A DNA stretch of 32,806 bases from a bacterium (GTDB lineage: Bacteria; AUK180). Below the pieces are notes generated by a model, which was not told the origin of the DNA, ran no database searches, and worked only from the letters and a program-made list of their open reading frames with translations. Each line of letters begins with the position of its first letter. Within the stretch, counting starts at the first letter, position 1. The stretch lies in contig JAGGYO010000124.1 of assembly GCA_021162505.1 (NCBI GenBank), forward strand, positions 1 through 32,806, in the 5' to 3' direction. Positions 1 to 9,142 of the stretch are shown in pieces. The position numbers were made by a program, and so were the translations under genes.

Positions 1-60
1 AACTATGATCCTATAAAAAAATAGAATCTTTATCTATAATACCGAAATATATGGCTTTGC

Positions 61-89
61 TTGAAAAGAAATGAATAATAAGTTATAAT
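61..89 (+). promoter_or_regulatory. sigma70-type promoter of the DHH-Clp1 operon
   Basis: TTGAAA (61-66), 17-bp spacer, TATAAT (84-89). Confidence 0.6.
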
Positions 90-111
90 GACTACTTATA
101 ATGAGGTATAT

Positions 112-1416
112 ATGAAGTATTTAGAATTCATGGAAAATCTAAAACAAGACAAGGATTTTCAAAATGTATTGCAATTTATTACGAATTTAAAAGGGAAAAA
201 GATCTATTACTTTTCCCACGATGACCCTGATGGTATTACATCAGCGGCTATTATGGCTGAACTGTTCGAATATTTAGGATATGAATATAAATTATTCTTC
301 CCATCTAATTTTGCACTGAGAAAAGAAGACATTCCCGACAATAACTATGATGCAATTCTCATAACTGACAAAGGAACCCTAAAAGAATATGATACATTTT
401 ATGATGAAAATAAACCATTTTTAACCATAGACCACCATTTTACGCCGGGTGTTCCGGAAAAAGTAATGTATTATAACCCATCTTTGAAACCAAATTCCTA
501 TTGTTCTGCATCATTTATTGTTCACAATATTGCTACCGCGCTTGGTTTTAGAAGCGACTATACGGACTTTTATGCTATGGTGGGTATGAAAGGTGACTGG
601 GTAATTGATCCTGCAATTGATATGATAGCACCCTATGTTCAATCATTTTATGATGATTTTGAATCAAAATTCCCCAACTTGGTGGAAAAAAAGAAAGGAT
701 TCGAACCAACAATGTTCGAAGCCGGCCAAAAAGAAGTATCAACACTACTTTCTGTCTATTCCCACGATCTGCACGGTATTTCCGGCGGAGCATTCCAATT
801 TTTTTATAATGATCGGGATGAAAAATTAAAAGATATCTTTCATCCTCAATTTTCCTATGAACTATTAAGGGGCATTGAGAAAAAGAGCATTGATTTGAAA
901 AGCGTAAAAGATGTCGATGAGTTACTTGCAATTCCCGGATATGAAGAGATCGCAAAGCTCATGTTAAAGTTCTACAAAGAAGATTGGGACAAGGGAATAA
1001 ATCTTTTAAATACTGCTGTTGAATTAAAAACAGTAAAAGCCACAAGGATCTTTTTATATATGGGAAAAGAGATGAACCTTATGCCCATGCTTGGTTCTGT
1101 TACTCTATTTGATCTTGCGAACGGTGAGGATGCAATCTTTATTATGGCAGCAAAGATAGATTATGGTATACATTTTTCTGTTAGATCAACCGGCGGCAAT
1201 ATCCATTCAGGAAAACTATGCGGTAATCTTGCCGAAGAGGCAAAAAATACAGTTAATGATGAAAATAAAAAATTCATATCGGGCGGTGGCCACCCTAAGG
1301 CTGCAGAATGCAACATTAAGATAAAAGATTATCCCTATGATGATGCATTAAAGATGTTCTTGAATATGTTCAATGAAATAAAAACTGATTTTGATCAGGA
1401 AAAATTTGGAGTGTAA
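112..1416 (+). CDS. DHH/DHHA1-family phosphoesterase (RecJ/NrnA superfamily)
   Basis: Motifs SHDDPDG, ITD, IDHH, KGD, FSVRS and GGGHPKAA. The ORF track starts at 88, but that ATG overlaps the -10 box; ATG 112 has a GAGGT RBS at 103-107. Confidence 0.85.
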   Translation: MKYLEFMENLKQDKDFQNVLQFITNLKGKKIYYFSHDDPDGITSAAIMAELFEYLGYEYKLFFPSNFALRKEDIPDNNYDAILITDKGTLKEYDTFYDENKPFLTIDHHFTPGVPEKVMYYNPSLKPNSYCSASFIVHNIATALGFRSDYTDFYAMVGMKGDWVIDPAIDMIAPYVQSFYDDFESKFPNLVEKKKGFEPTMFEAGQKEVSTLLSVYSHDLHGISGGAFQFFYNDRDEKLKDIFHPQFSYELLRGIEKKSIDLKSVKDVDELLAIPGYEEIAKLMLKFYKEDWDKGINLLNTAVELKTVKATRIFLYMGKEMNLMPMLGSVTLFDLANGEDAIFIMAAKIDYGIHFSVRSTGGNIHSGKLCGNLAEEAKNTVNDENKKFISGGGHPKAAECNIKIKDYPYDDALKMFLNMFNEIKTDFDQEKFGV

Positions 1417-1417
1417 T

Positions 1418-1804
1418 ATGGCTTTTTGGGAAACAGAATTTGTAGGTCTCATGGATTTTATTGATAACCTGATAGTTAAATATAAAAACAAAGATTTTAT
1501 ATTGAGCGTTTTAAAGGAATTGAAAAGAATTAGAAATATCGTTCCGCTCAACCCCGGGATCGTTTCAATGTGTGCATACGGTATTATTAAACCGGCGGAA
1601 AAAGAAGAATTTGAGAACGGAGAATACCTGGTCATAACAAAGAACGAAGAAGAGTATTTCGGCCACACAAAAAGCGATACGGAGAATATCTATATCGAGA
1701 ACTTTACCATACCAAGAGGTGAAATTGCGAATATTTATTATATTAAAAGAGATACGGTTGAAGAATTTTGGCCCACATTGATACACGAGGTAAGAGAAAA
1801 ATGA
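1418..1804 (+). CDS. hypothetical protein (helical N-terminus, possible Sm/SH3-like C-terminal beta-barrel)
   Basis: ATG 1 nt after the upstream TAA, GGAG RBS, stop overlaps the next start as ATGA. The fold is a guess. Confidence 0.7.
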   Translation: MAFWETEFVGLMDFIDNLIVKYKNKDFILSVLKELKRIRNIVPLNPGIVSMCAYGIIKPAEKEEFENGEYLVITKNEEEYFGHTKSDTENIYIENFTIPRGEIANIYYIKRDTVEEFWPTLIHEVREK

Positions 1805-3036
1805 AAGCTAATAAAAACGATATTTACTTAGTTAAAGGACCTTCAACAATAATTTTAAAGAACGGTCTTTTTGAGGTTATTGGTGCAAATTATGATTCCG
1901 GAAATATTAGTATACACGAAGGAAAGCAAATTCCCATTATTGTAAAAGAAGAAGGAGAATTAGATATAAACGGTGGTTCTTATGAAAAATTGGACCATTC
2001 TACGATTCCTGAAAAATGGTACGAGATACCCAAACTTATCAAAGAAAAAAGCATTAAAAAGATCCTTATTTTAGGAGAAGTTGATACGGGAAAATCTTTT
2101 TTTACTACATTTATTGCTAATCAATTGGGTAATCTGGGAGTAAGCGTTGGCGCTATTGATACGGATACCGGTCAATCAGATATTGGAGCTCCGGGGACCA
2201 TCGGTTTCGGAATATTTAATAAACCTCATTTTAATCTTTCAGATGTTAAATTGGATAAACAGTTCTTTATAGGGAATTTATCCCCCGGCGGCGGTTTTTC
2301 TATTTTTTTAGCCGGCATTTCAAAGATTCTAAGATATGCTCTATCAAAAGTTGATTCAGTAATAGTTGATACTACCGGCTGGGTGCACGGTGATGGCGGC
2401 AGGGCTATAAAAAGATCCAAACTTGACATTGTTGATCCGGACCTTGTAATATTATTACAAAGGGGAAGAGAGCTGGAACATCTGGTCCAGCATATAGACA
2501 GATCAAAGATCATTGACCTTAAAGTATCAAAAAAAGCATCGAATACTTCACAGGAAGTAAGAAAATCACTTAGAGAAGAGATATCCAGAAGATATTTTGA
2601 GAATGGCGGACCCATTACATTTGATTTTAACAAGGTTCTATTTGACCGCGTTTATACCAAAAGCGGTGTAAAAATGGAAAACGATAATCTGGATATACTT
2701 TATTTGGAAAAATTACCTGCCTGGGAAGGGACCGTAGTTGTATTTCCAGATAATATTAATAAGAAAAGAAGAAACGAACTACTGGGAAAATTCGGCAAAT
2801 CAATATGGTATTCTCCAAAATACTTAAAAGATATATTTGTAGGACTGTCTGATGAAAATGGTTTTTGTTTGTCTGTGGGAATTATTGAAAGCATTGATTT
2901 TGTCAATGGCAAAATATCGATATACTTGAATAAAAAGGATTGTGAAAAAGATGATGTAAGATTGATCCAATTCGGCTCCATCAGATATAATAACAAAGGG
3001 GAAGAAGCCGGATTTGTCATACCCGGATCAATATAA
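1801..3036 (+). CDS. clp1: Clp1/Grc3/Nol9-family polynucleotide 5'-hydroxyl kinase
   Basis: Walker A GEVDTGKS, catalytic DTDTGQSDIGAPG, VDTTGWV, lid RKSLR (RxxxR), and an N-terminal GP...G..EVIG beta domain. Start 1801 chosen from the ATGA overlap. Confidence 0.85.
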   Translation: MKANKNDIYLVKGPSTIILKNGLFEVIGANYDSGNISIHEGKQIPIIVKEEGELDINGGSYEKLDHSTIPEKWYEIPKLIKEKSIKKILILGEVDTGKSFFTTFIANQLGNLGVSVGAIDTDTGQSDIGAPGTIGFGIFNKPHFNLSDVKLDKQFFIGNLSPGGGFSIFLAGISKILRYALSKVDSVIVDTTGWVHGDGGRAIKRSKLDIVDPDLVILLQRGRELEHLVQHIDRSKIIDLKVSKKASNTSQEVRKSLREEISRRYFENGGPITFDFNKVLFDRVYTKSGVKMENDNLDILYLEKLPAWEGTVVVFPDNINKKRRNELLGKFGKSIWYSPKYLKDIFVGLSDENGFCLSVGIIESIDFVNGKISIYLNKKDCEKDDVRLIQFGSIRYNNKGEEAGFVIPGSI

Positions 3037-3062
3037 AGAAGAATTAAATACCGACCTTTTTT

Positions 3063-3265
3063 AACCACGAATTATGCGAATTAAACGAAATAAAAAGCCG
3101 GTTCAAGGGTTCAAAGGTTCCAGGTTCAAAGTGAAAACAAAAAAATATAAAATAGAATAACCACGGAGCACGGGAGCAAAAGAATGTCAAATTCATTTAA
3201 ACTTTCAGTTATGAAATAATATTTCATTTTTTTAAAACTTTCTCATTTGACTTAGTACTAAGTAC
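3063..3265. repeat. intergenic cluster of short tandem motifs
   Basis: AACCACGAATTATGCGAATTAAACGAAA; GGTTCAA(A/G)-like x4 (3100-3131); AACCACGGAGCACGGGAG; TTAGTACTAAGTAC. Confidence 0.6.
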
Positions 3266-3274
3266 GGTCCTTTT

Positions 3275-4210
3275 CTACTTTTTCGGAGTATAGAACACCA
3301 CATTAGTATCAAGATCTATTCTATTTTTTAATGATGTATCGCTTTTTATATAGGAATTAAGTAATTTTAATTTTATCCTATCAATACTATTATTATTTAT
3401 ATCAAGATATACATTTTCACCGGTAATTTTGCCGCCTTGAAAAGTAGAATTGAAAACAACAATACGGCTATTATTCACCTCTAATGAGAGTTTTTCCGAG
3501 ACCAAATTATTTATATTGAGAAAGCCGCTAAGGAATTTGAAATCCAGATCAGAGAAATTACAATCATTTATTTTCACATAAAGACCATTCCCGTTTCCAC
3601 CTAAATTATCAATGGAACATTTTTTAAAAAACAGGTGAGTATTACCCAAATTGCCCGTCATACTCTGTATATCACAATTATTGTATTCAAGGGAAGAATT
3701 TTCTGAACTCAGGGTAAAATTAACTATGCTTTTAAGGTCTTTCATGTTTACAAAAATATCATTGCATTGAAAAAGAATATTTCCTCCATTCAGTCCCGTT
3801 AGTGTTATTTTACTCTTATTTGAATAAATATTGATATTAATATTATTGCCGATATTTCCCGAGATCTCTTCTATTATACCGTCTTTTTTTAATAAGACAT
3901 TCAATACACTATCCTTTTTTTCAAAAGAGAAAGAAGCCTCCTTTTTATTCCAATAAATAATTTGAATTTCTTTCGCCTCTGTTTCGGAATGCCTTAAATT
4001 TATGGTCGTTAAGGTTGAATTAATGTTGATTTCTGTAATATTTTCGAGATCAACGATTTCTACACTTCTTTCTTTCATTAAGGTTCCTTTATTGTATAGA
4101 AAGGCGTGATCTTTATAACCGATCCCTCGGCTCCTTAAAAAGAAAATAGCTGTAAATGCCAGTAGAGCAATAATAACAGCGATAATAAAAATAGTTAAAA
4201 ACTTCTTCAT
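3275..4210 (-). CDS. membrane-anchored beta-solenoid protein (DUF4097 / putative adhesin-like)
   Basis: N-terminal TM helix followed by repeated short beta-strand units rich in Asn/Ile/Gly. Confidence 0.6.
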   Translation of the reverse strand: MKKFLTIFIIAVIIALLAFTAIFFLRSRGIGYKDHAFLYNKGTLMKERSVEIVDLENITEININSTLTTINLRHSETEAKEIQIIYWNKKEASFSFEKKDSVLNVLLKKDGIIEEISGNIGNNININIYSNKSKITLTGLNGGNILFQCNDIFVNMKDLKSIVNFTLSSENSSLEYNNCDIQSMTGNLGNTHLFFKKCSIDNLGGNGNGLYVKINDCNFSDLDFKFLSGFLNINNLVSEKLSLEVNNSRIVVFNSTFQGGKITGENVYLDINNNSIDRIKLKLLNSYIKSDTSLKNRIDLDTNVVFYTPKK

Positions 4211-5166
4211 AAATTTCCTCCAAGGATGTCGTGTAAATGTAGAATGCCCACGACCATATTATTTTTTAGAACGGGTAATGCAGTGATCTTTTTTTCTTCC
4301 ATAATATCCAGTGCTTCTTTTGCAATGGACATGCTTTGAACAAATAAAGGTTTTTTGGTCATGATCTCCTCTGTTTGCAGATCGAATGCCTGTTTACCAT
4401 ATTTCTCGAATGTTCTTCTTAGATCACCGTCAGTAATTACACCCAATAATTCTTTTTTATTGTTTATGACGATCCCGGCTCCCAACCTATGGGAAGACAC
4501 GGTATATAAAATATCCTTCATTTGACTTTTTAGGAAAAGAAACGGGATATCCTTATCTTTGTGCATTATATTTTCTATCTTTTTGTTCAGGAGTACTCCC
4601 AAAATCCCTCCCGGGTGTAATTTTGCAAAATCCTCAGGTTGAAAATCTCTTAATTTAGCACATGTTAATGCTAATCCATCCCCAATTGCCAATGTTAAAG
4701 TAGAGGAAATAGAAGGAATAAAAGGATAAATAGATACTTCCTTTTTAACAGGCAGTAAAATTGGAATATCTGCTCGTCTATATAGATTGGAATCAGAATT
4801 TCCGGTTATTCCAATAATAGGGACAGCAAGCGTATTGCAACGATCATATAAGAATTCAAACTCTTTTTGGTTGCCTCCAAAAGAGAGAACGATCAAAAGA
4901 TCCTTTTTATTTAAAACCCCAATATCGCCATGGGCTGCATCTGCGGGATGTAATGATATTGCTGTTCGGCCGGTTGATGTAAAGGTAGACGCGATCTTTA
5001 ATCCGATTATTCCCGATTTACCCACACCACTTATAATAATTTTGCCCCTTGACTTAACAATTTCATCAATTGCTTTTTCAATATTATTGTCAATATTTTT
5101 AATGGCGCCAAGTAATGCTTTTCCCTCCTCTTCAATAATACTGTAAAATATTTTTAATTTATCCAT
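4207..5166 (-). CDS. kdsD: KpsF/GutQ-family arabinose-5-phosphate isomerase (SIS + 2 CBS)
   Basis: GVGKSG, HPADAAHGDIG, HPGG, GVITDGDLRR, HLHDIL. Confidence 0.9.
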   Translation of the reverse strand: MDKLKIFYSIIEEEGKALLGAIKNIDNNIEKAIDEIVKSRGKIIISGVGKSGIIGLKIASTFTSTGRTAISLHPADAAHGDIGVLNKKDLLIVLSFGGNQKEFEFLYDRCNTLAVPIIGITGNSDSNLYRRADIPILLPVKKEVSIYPFIPSISSTLTLAIGDGLALTCAKLRDFQPEDFAKLHPGGILGVLLNKKIENIMHKDKDIPFLFLKSQMKDILYTVSSHRLGAGIVINNKKELLGVITDGDLRRTFEKYGKQAFDLQTEEIMTKKPLFVQSMSIAKEALDIMEEKKITALPVLKNNMVVGILHLHDILGGNL

Positions 5167-5168
5167 AT

Positions 5169-6026
5169 CTATAACCCCGGTGTTAATATTGAAATATTTT
5201 TATAAAGAACACTCATTTCTAAAAAATTTGAAAAACCCAATTCTCCATCTCTTTCGTAATAAAATCCGCCATCTTTTTCTATTTTTATTTTTTTTACATG
5301 ATATAAAAAGCAATTGGGATGCCCGATATGGGTTCCCCTGTAAACACGAGGAAATAATGTAAACAATTGAAATTTTGATAATTTCTTTATAATAATGATA
5401 TCCAATAACCCGTCATCGATCTTCGCCATGGGAGCTATCTTCATATTCCTTCCAAAATAATTACCGTTTGCGACAACTATTACATTAACATCTTTCATAA
5501 AATATTCTTTACCGTCCAGAGTAATATTATAATCTTTTGTTTTATGTCTAATAAGAGCCCTATAAAAACCGGTAAAATAACTTCTTGTACCTTGAAGCAT
5601 CTGAACTACTTCACTGTCAATGCCCGTACCAACAATATTTGTTGCTATTTTGCCACCGTTAAGAGAAATAATATCAATTTTTTTAGGCCTATAATCAGAA
5701 ATATTTTTAAGCGTTTCCAAAGGATTTCCATTAAGACCCAAACTTCTCGCAAAATCATTGCCAGATCCCATTGGAACGAGCCCAAGATCTACTTTTTCAC
5801 CCGCAACACCATGAACAACCTCATTGAATGTTCCGTCCCCTCCAACAGATACAATAGTTTTAAAGCCATTTTTAACGGCTTTATATGCAATTTCCGAGGC
5901 ATGTAAGGGTCCATCTGTTAATTCTACATAGGCATTTTTTAAAAATCTCTTTATATATTTTCTAAAGATGTCCAATCTTCCTCTTTTTTTAAGTTGTCCT
6001 GAAAAAGGATTAATTATTAATTTCAT
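5169..6026 (-). CDS. diacylglycerol/lipid kinase family (YegS/BmrU)
   Basis: INPFSG, GGDGT, PMGSGNDFAR, NGNYFG, DGE. Confidence 0.9.
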   Translation of the reverse strand: MKLIINPFSGQLKKRGRLDIFRKYIKRFLKNAYVELTDGPLHASEIAYKAVKNGFKTIVSVGGDGTFNEVVHGVAGEKVDLGLVPMGSGNDFARSLGLNGNPLETLKNISDYRPKKIDIISLNGGKIATNIVGTGIDSEVVQMLQGTRSYFTGFYRALIRHKTKDYNITLDGKEYFMKDVNVIVVANGNYFGRNMKIAPMAKIDDGLLDIIIIKKLSKFQLFTLFPRVYRGTHIGHPNCFLYHVKKIKIEKDGGFYYERDGELGFSNFLEMSVLYKNISILTPGL

Positions 6027-6882
6027 TTTTTAAAAACTCCGGGATCTCCTGCGGTAAATTTGCCACCTTTATGCCGAGATTTTCTAAAAATTCTGTTTTT
6101 GATTGTGCTGTCTCGCCTTTACCGGAAATTATTGCTCCGGCATGCCCCATCTTTTTCCCTTTGGGTGCGGTTTTACCTGCAATAAAAGCCACCACTGGTT
6201 TCCCCAGCTCATTTTTGATATATTCTCCGGCCACCAATTCATCATTTCCGCCTATTTCACCGATAAGAACAACGCCCTGTGTTTCGTTATCTTCTTTAAA
6301 TAATCTTAATAATTCAATGAACCTGCTTCCTATAATGGGGTCTCCGCCAATGCCGATGACCGTGCTTTGCCCGAATCCTCCATTGGTCAAACTATAAACC
6401 ACTTCATAGGTCAGCGTTCCGCTTCTTGATATGACACCGATATTTCCTTTTTTAAATATGGAACCCGGCAAAATTCCCATTTTGGCTTCTCCGGGGGTAA
6501 TGAGGCCTGGACAATTGGGACCTATGATATTAATATCTTTACCCTTTGTATAATTTTTTATTTTCATCATTTCGAGTGCCGGCAATCCTTCGGTTATAAT
6601 AACGATGAGTTTTACCTCTTCCTCAATTGCCTCCCAAACAGCATCAACAGCAAATTTTGGCGGAACAAAAATAATAGTGGCATCAACGAGCAGTTCTTTT
6701 TTGGCATTATGGACAGAATTAAATACCGGTTTACCTTCAACGCTCAGCCCGCCCTTTCCCGGTGTTATCCCACCGACGATATTTGTACCATAGTCAAGCA
6801 TTGATCTTGTGTGAAAAGACCCATCCCTTCCGGTAATACCCTGAACAATAACATTTGTATTTTTATGTAATAAAATAGCCAT
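6010..6882 (-). CDS. sucD: succinyl-CoA ligase alpha subunit
   Basis: QGITG, GPNCPG, SRSGTLTYE, GIGGD, phospho-His MGHAGA. Confidence 0.97.
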   Translation of the reverse strand: MAILLHKNTNVIVQGITGRDGSFHTRSMLDYGTNIVGGITPGKGGLSVEGKPVFNSVHNAKKELLVDATIIFVPPKFAVDAVWEAIEEEVKLIVIITEGLPALEMMKIKNYTKGKDINIIGPNCPGLITPGEAKMGILPGSIFKKGNIGVISRSGTLTYEVVYSLTNGGFGQSTVIGIGGDPIIGSRFIELLRLFKEDNETQGVVLIGEIGGNDELVAGEYIKNELGKPVVAFIAGKTAPKGKKMGHAGAIISGKGETAQSKTEFLENLGIKVANLPQEIPEFLKNEINN

Positions 6883-6883
6883 A

Positions 6884-8020
6884 CTATTCTCCTACCATTG
6901 AAACTGCTTTCTTGACAGCGTCCTGCATTGATGTTGTGCTATCCAAACCCAAAGAATCAATTATCCTAACCCCCTCTTTTTCATTGGTCCCCGTTAGTCG
7001 AATGATAATGGGAAGAGATATATCCAATTTTTCCAACGCCATCTTGATCCCATTGGCAATATCATCGCAACGGGTGATCCCCCCGAAGATATTGAACAGA
7101 ATCACCTTCACATTGGGATCTTTTGTAATGATCTTCAAGGCGCTTATTACTTTATTTGGATTTGAAGATCCTCCTACATCAAGGAAATTCGCCGGTTCTC
7201 CACCAAAGAACTTGATCATATCCATTGTTGCCATTGCCAATCCCGCACCATTTACGATACAACCGATATTGCCGTCCAGTTGAACGAAACTTAATCCAGA
7301 GGATTTGGCGTTGACCTCGTCTTCTGTCATGTCATCATAATTTTTGATATGATCCATATCTTTTAAAAATGGAACCGCATTATCATCAATTACTACCTTG
7401 GAATCCAAGGCGATCAATCTGTTTCCCGAAACGATAACAAGAGGATTTATCTCAATTAAACCCAAAGAAAGCTCATTGAACATTTTATACATATTGTTAA
7501 GAACATGGATAAATTGATATTTTAATGTTTTATCCCGGATACCCAGATGTTCAAAGAATCTCATATAGTGAAATGATCTCAACCCCACCAGGGGGTCGAT
7601 ATTTAATTTTAGTATGGCGTCGGGATTATTCTTTGCTACATTTTCAATCTCTACCCCGCCCTCCGAAGAGGTTATTAATGTTATTTTCTCATTATTTCGA
7701 TTCATCATAAAAGAGAGATAGATCTCTTTCTCAATATTCATGCCTTCTTCGATGAGGACCTTATTTACTGTGTAACCCTTGATATTCAAGCCAAAGATGG
7801 AGTTCAATACCGGTTCCACATCCTCCATTGTCTTAACAAGCTTTACTCCCCCCGCTTTACCTCGTCCGCCTATCAGGACCTGTGCCTTAACTACCACAGG
7901 CAGTATAGAACCCTTAATGATCCCCCTTGCCTCGTCAATTGTTAATGCCACCTTTCCTTTGGGAATGGGTATCTGATATTTGGCAAACAAATTCTTTCCC
8001 TGAAACTCATATAACTTCAT
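6884..8020 (-). CDS. sucC: succinyl-CoA ligase beta subunit
   Basis: KAQVLIGGRGKAGG, EINPL, NGAGLAMATMD, NFLDVGG, NIFGGI. Confidence 0.97.
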   Translation of the reverse strand: MKLYEFQGKNLFAKYQIPIPKGKVALTIDEARGIIKGSILPVVVKAQVLIGGRGKAGGVKLVKTMEDVEPVLNSIFGLNIKGYTVNKVLIEEGMNIEKEIYLSFMMNRNNEKITLITSSEGGVEIENVAKNNPDAILKLNIDPLVGLRSFHYMRFFEHLGIRDKTLKYQFIHVLNNMYKMFNELSLGLIEINPLVIVSGNRLIALDSKVVIDDNAVPFLKDMDHIKNYDDMTEDEVNAKSSGLSFVQLDGNIGCIVNGAGLAMATMDMIKFFGGEPANFLDVGGSSNPNKVISALKIITKDPNVKVILFNIFGGITRCDDIANGIKMALEKLDISLPIIIRLTGTNEKEGVRIIDSLGLDSTTSMQDAVKKAVSMVGE

Positions 8021-8023
8021 ATT

Positions 8024-8674
8024 TTACCTCACATGGTCCAAAACAAACACATTTTTATTAAAATCCGCAAGTCCACCCTTCTCGATATTCAAGGTATGGA
8101 CCTTACTGTAGTCGCCGAACAAAGATAAAAAATTATTAACAGTATCAATATCAAAACCAAGTTTTTCCGTTTTATAATGCATGGGGATCACTATTTTGGG
8201 TCCAATTAACCGGATTATTTCAAATGCTTCTTTATGATCAATGGTAAATGTCCCGCCAATAGGGATTAGAACAATATCCGCATCTTTAATATTTTGCATA
8301 ATATTTTCATTTGGAATTACCCCTTGGTCGCCAAAATGTATGATCTTTATGCCCGAAGGCGATATAATTTTTGCAATGAGGTTTTCTCCCCTTAATGCTC
8401 CCTTTTTATCATCATGAAAAGATGCCATCATCTCAATATGAAAACCCTCTCTTTCAAAAACACCTTTTTTATCAATGATCACGGGGTTTCCCTTAATGGT
8501 GTTTATGCCATAATGATCCTCGTGTTTATGAGAAGCGGTAACAATGTCCGCGCTTTCATCAATGGGAGAATAGCCCACCGCACCACCGAAAGACCCATGA
8601 ATATAGGGGTCAGTAATAAGTTTTTTATTATCAATTACAGCAAAGGACGAATGTCCGTACCAAATTATTTCCAC
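8024..8674 (-). CDS. metallo-beta-lactamase-fold hydrolase
   Basis: GHSSF, DPY, SHKHEDH, HFGD, PMHY; GTG start with GGAGG RBS. Confidence 0.88.
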   Translation of the reverse strand: MEIIWYGHSSFAVIDNKKLITDPYIHGSFGGAVGYSPIDESADIVTASHKHEDHYGINTIKGNPVIIDKKGVFEREGFHIEMMASFHDDKKGALRGENLIAKIISPSGIKIIHFGDQGVIPNENIMQNIKDADIVLIPIGGTFTIDHKEAFEIIRLIGPKIVIPMHYKTEKLGFDIDTVNNFLSLFGDYSKVHTLNIEKGGLADFNKNVFVLDHVR

Positions 8675-8686
8675 CTTATCCTCCCA

Positions 8687-9142
8687 TTATCCATTTTTTC
8701 TATCCCAATCATAGGGGATCTTTTCAGTATTCCACGGTAAACGATATTCGTCGGGATCGTTACTGTTATAAGGCATGGTTATGATATTTACCACAATGGC
8801 TTCTTCTTCTGAAATACATTTGAATCCATGATAAACATGTTTTGGTATTTTGATTATCATAGGATTGAAATCTCCAACGAAAAACTCATTGATCTCGCCT
8901 CTTGTTGACGAACCTTCTCTGTCATCAAAAAGCACGATCTTCATCATTCCCTTAGCAACAGCCATATGATCATCCTGAATATTATGATAATGCCATGCTT
9001 TTACAACGCTTGGATAAGCAGTGGTAATATAGACCTGACCGAATTTCGAATACATATCATCATCAGAACGCAACAATTCCATTAACCGACCCCGTTCGTC
9101 GGTATTCCATTTTATTTTTTTGATCTCAACACCTTTAATCAT
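8687..9142 (-). CDS. rfbC: dTDP-4-dehydrorhamnose 3,5-epimerase-like cupin
   Basis: DERG, KAWHYH, HGF; directly downstream of rfbA. Confidence 0.8.
   Translation of the reverse strand: MIKGVEIKKIKWNTDERGRLMELLRSDDDMYSKFGQVYITTAYPSVVKAWHYHNIQDDHMAVAKGMMKIVLFDDREGSSTRGEINEFFVGDFNPMIIKIPKHVYHGFKCISEEEAIVVNIITMPYNSNDPDEYRLPWNTEKIPYDWDRKNG

Noticed and set aside
112-3036. Anti-phage defence system call for the DHH-Clp1 operon
   Set aside because: No defence-island context or known defence domains in view; it cannot be supported from this window.
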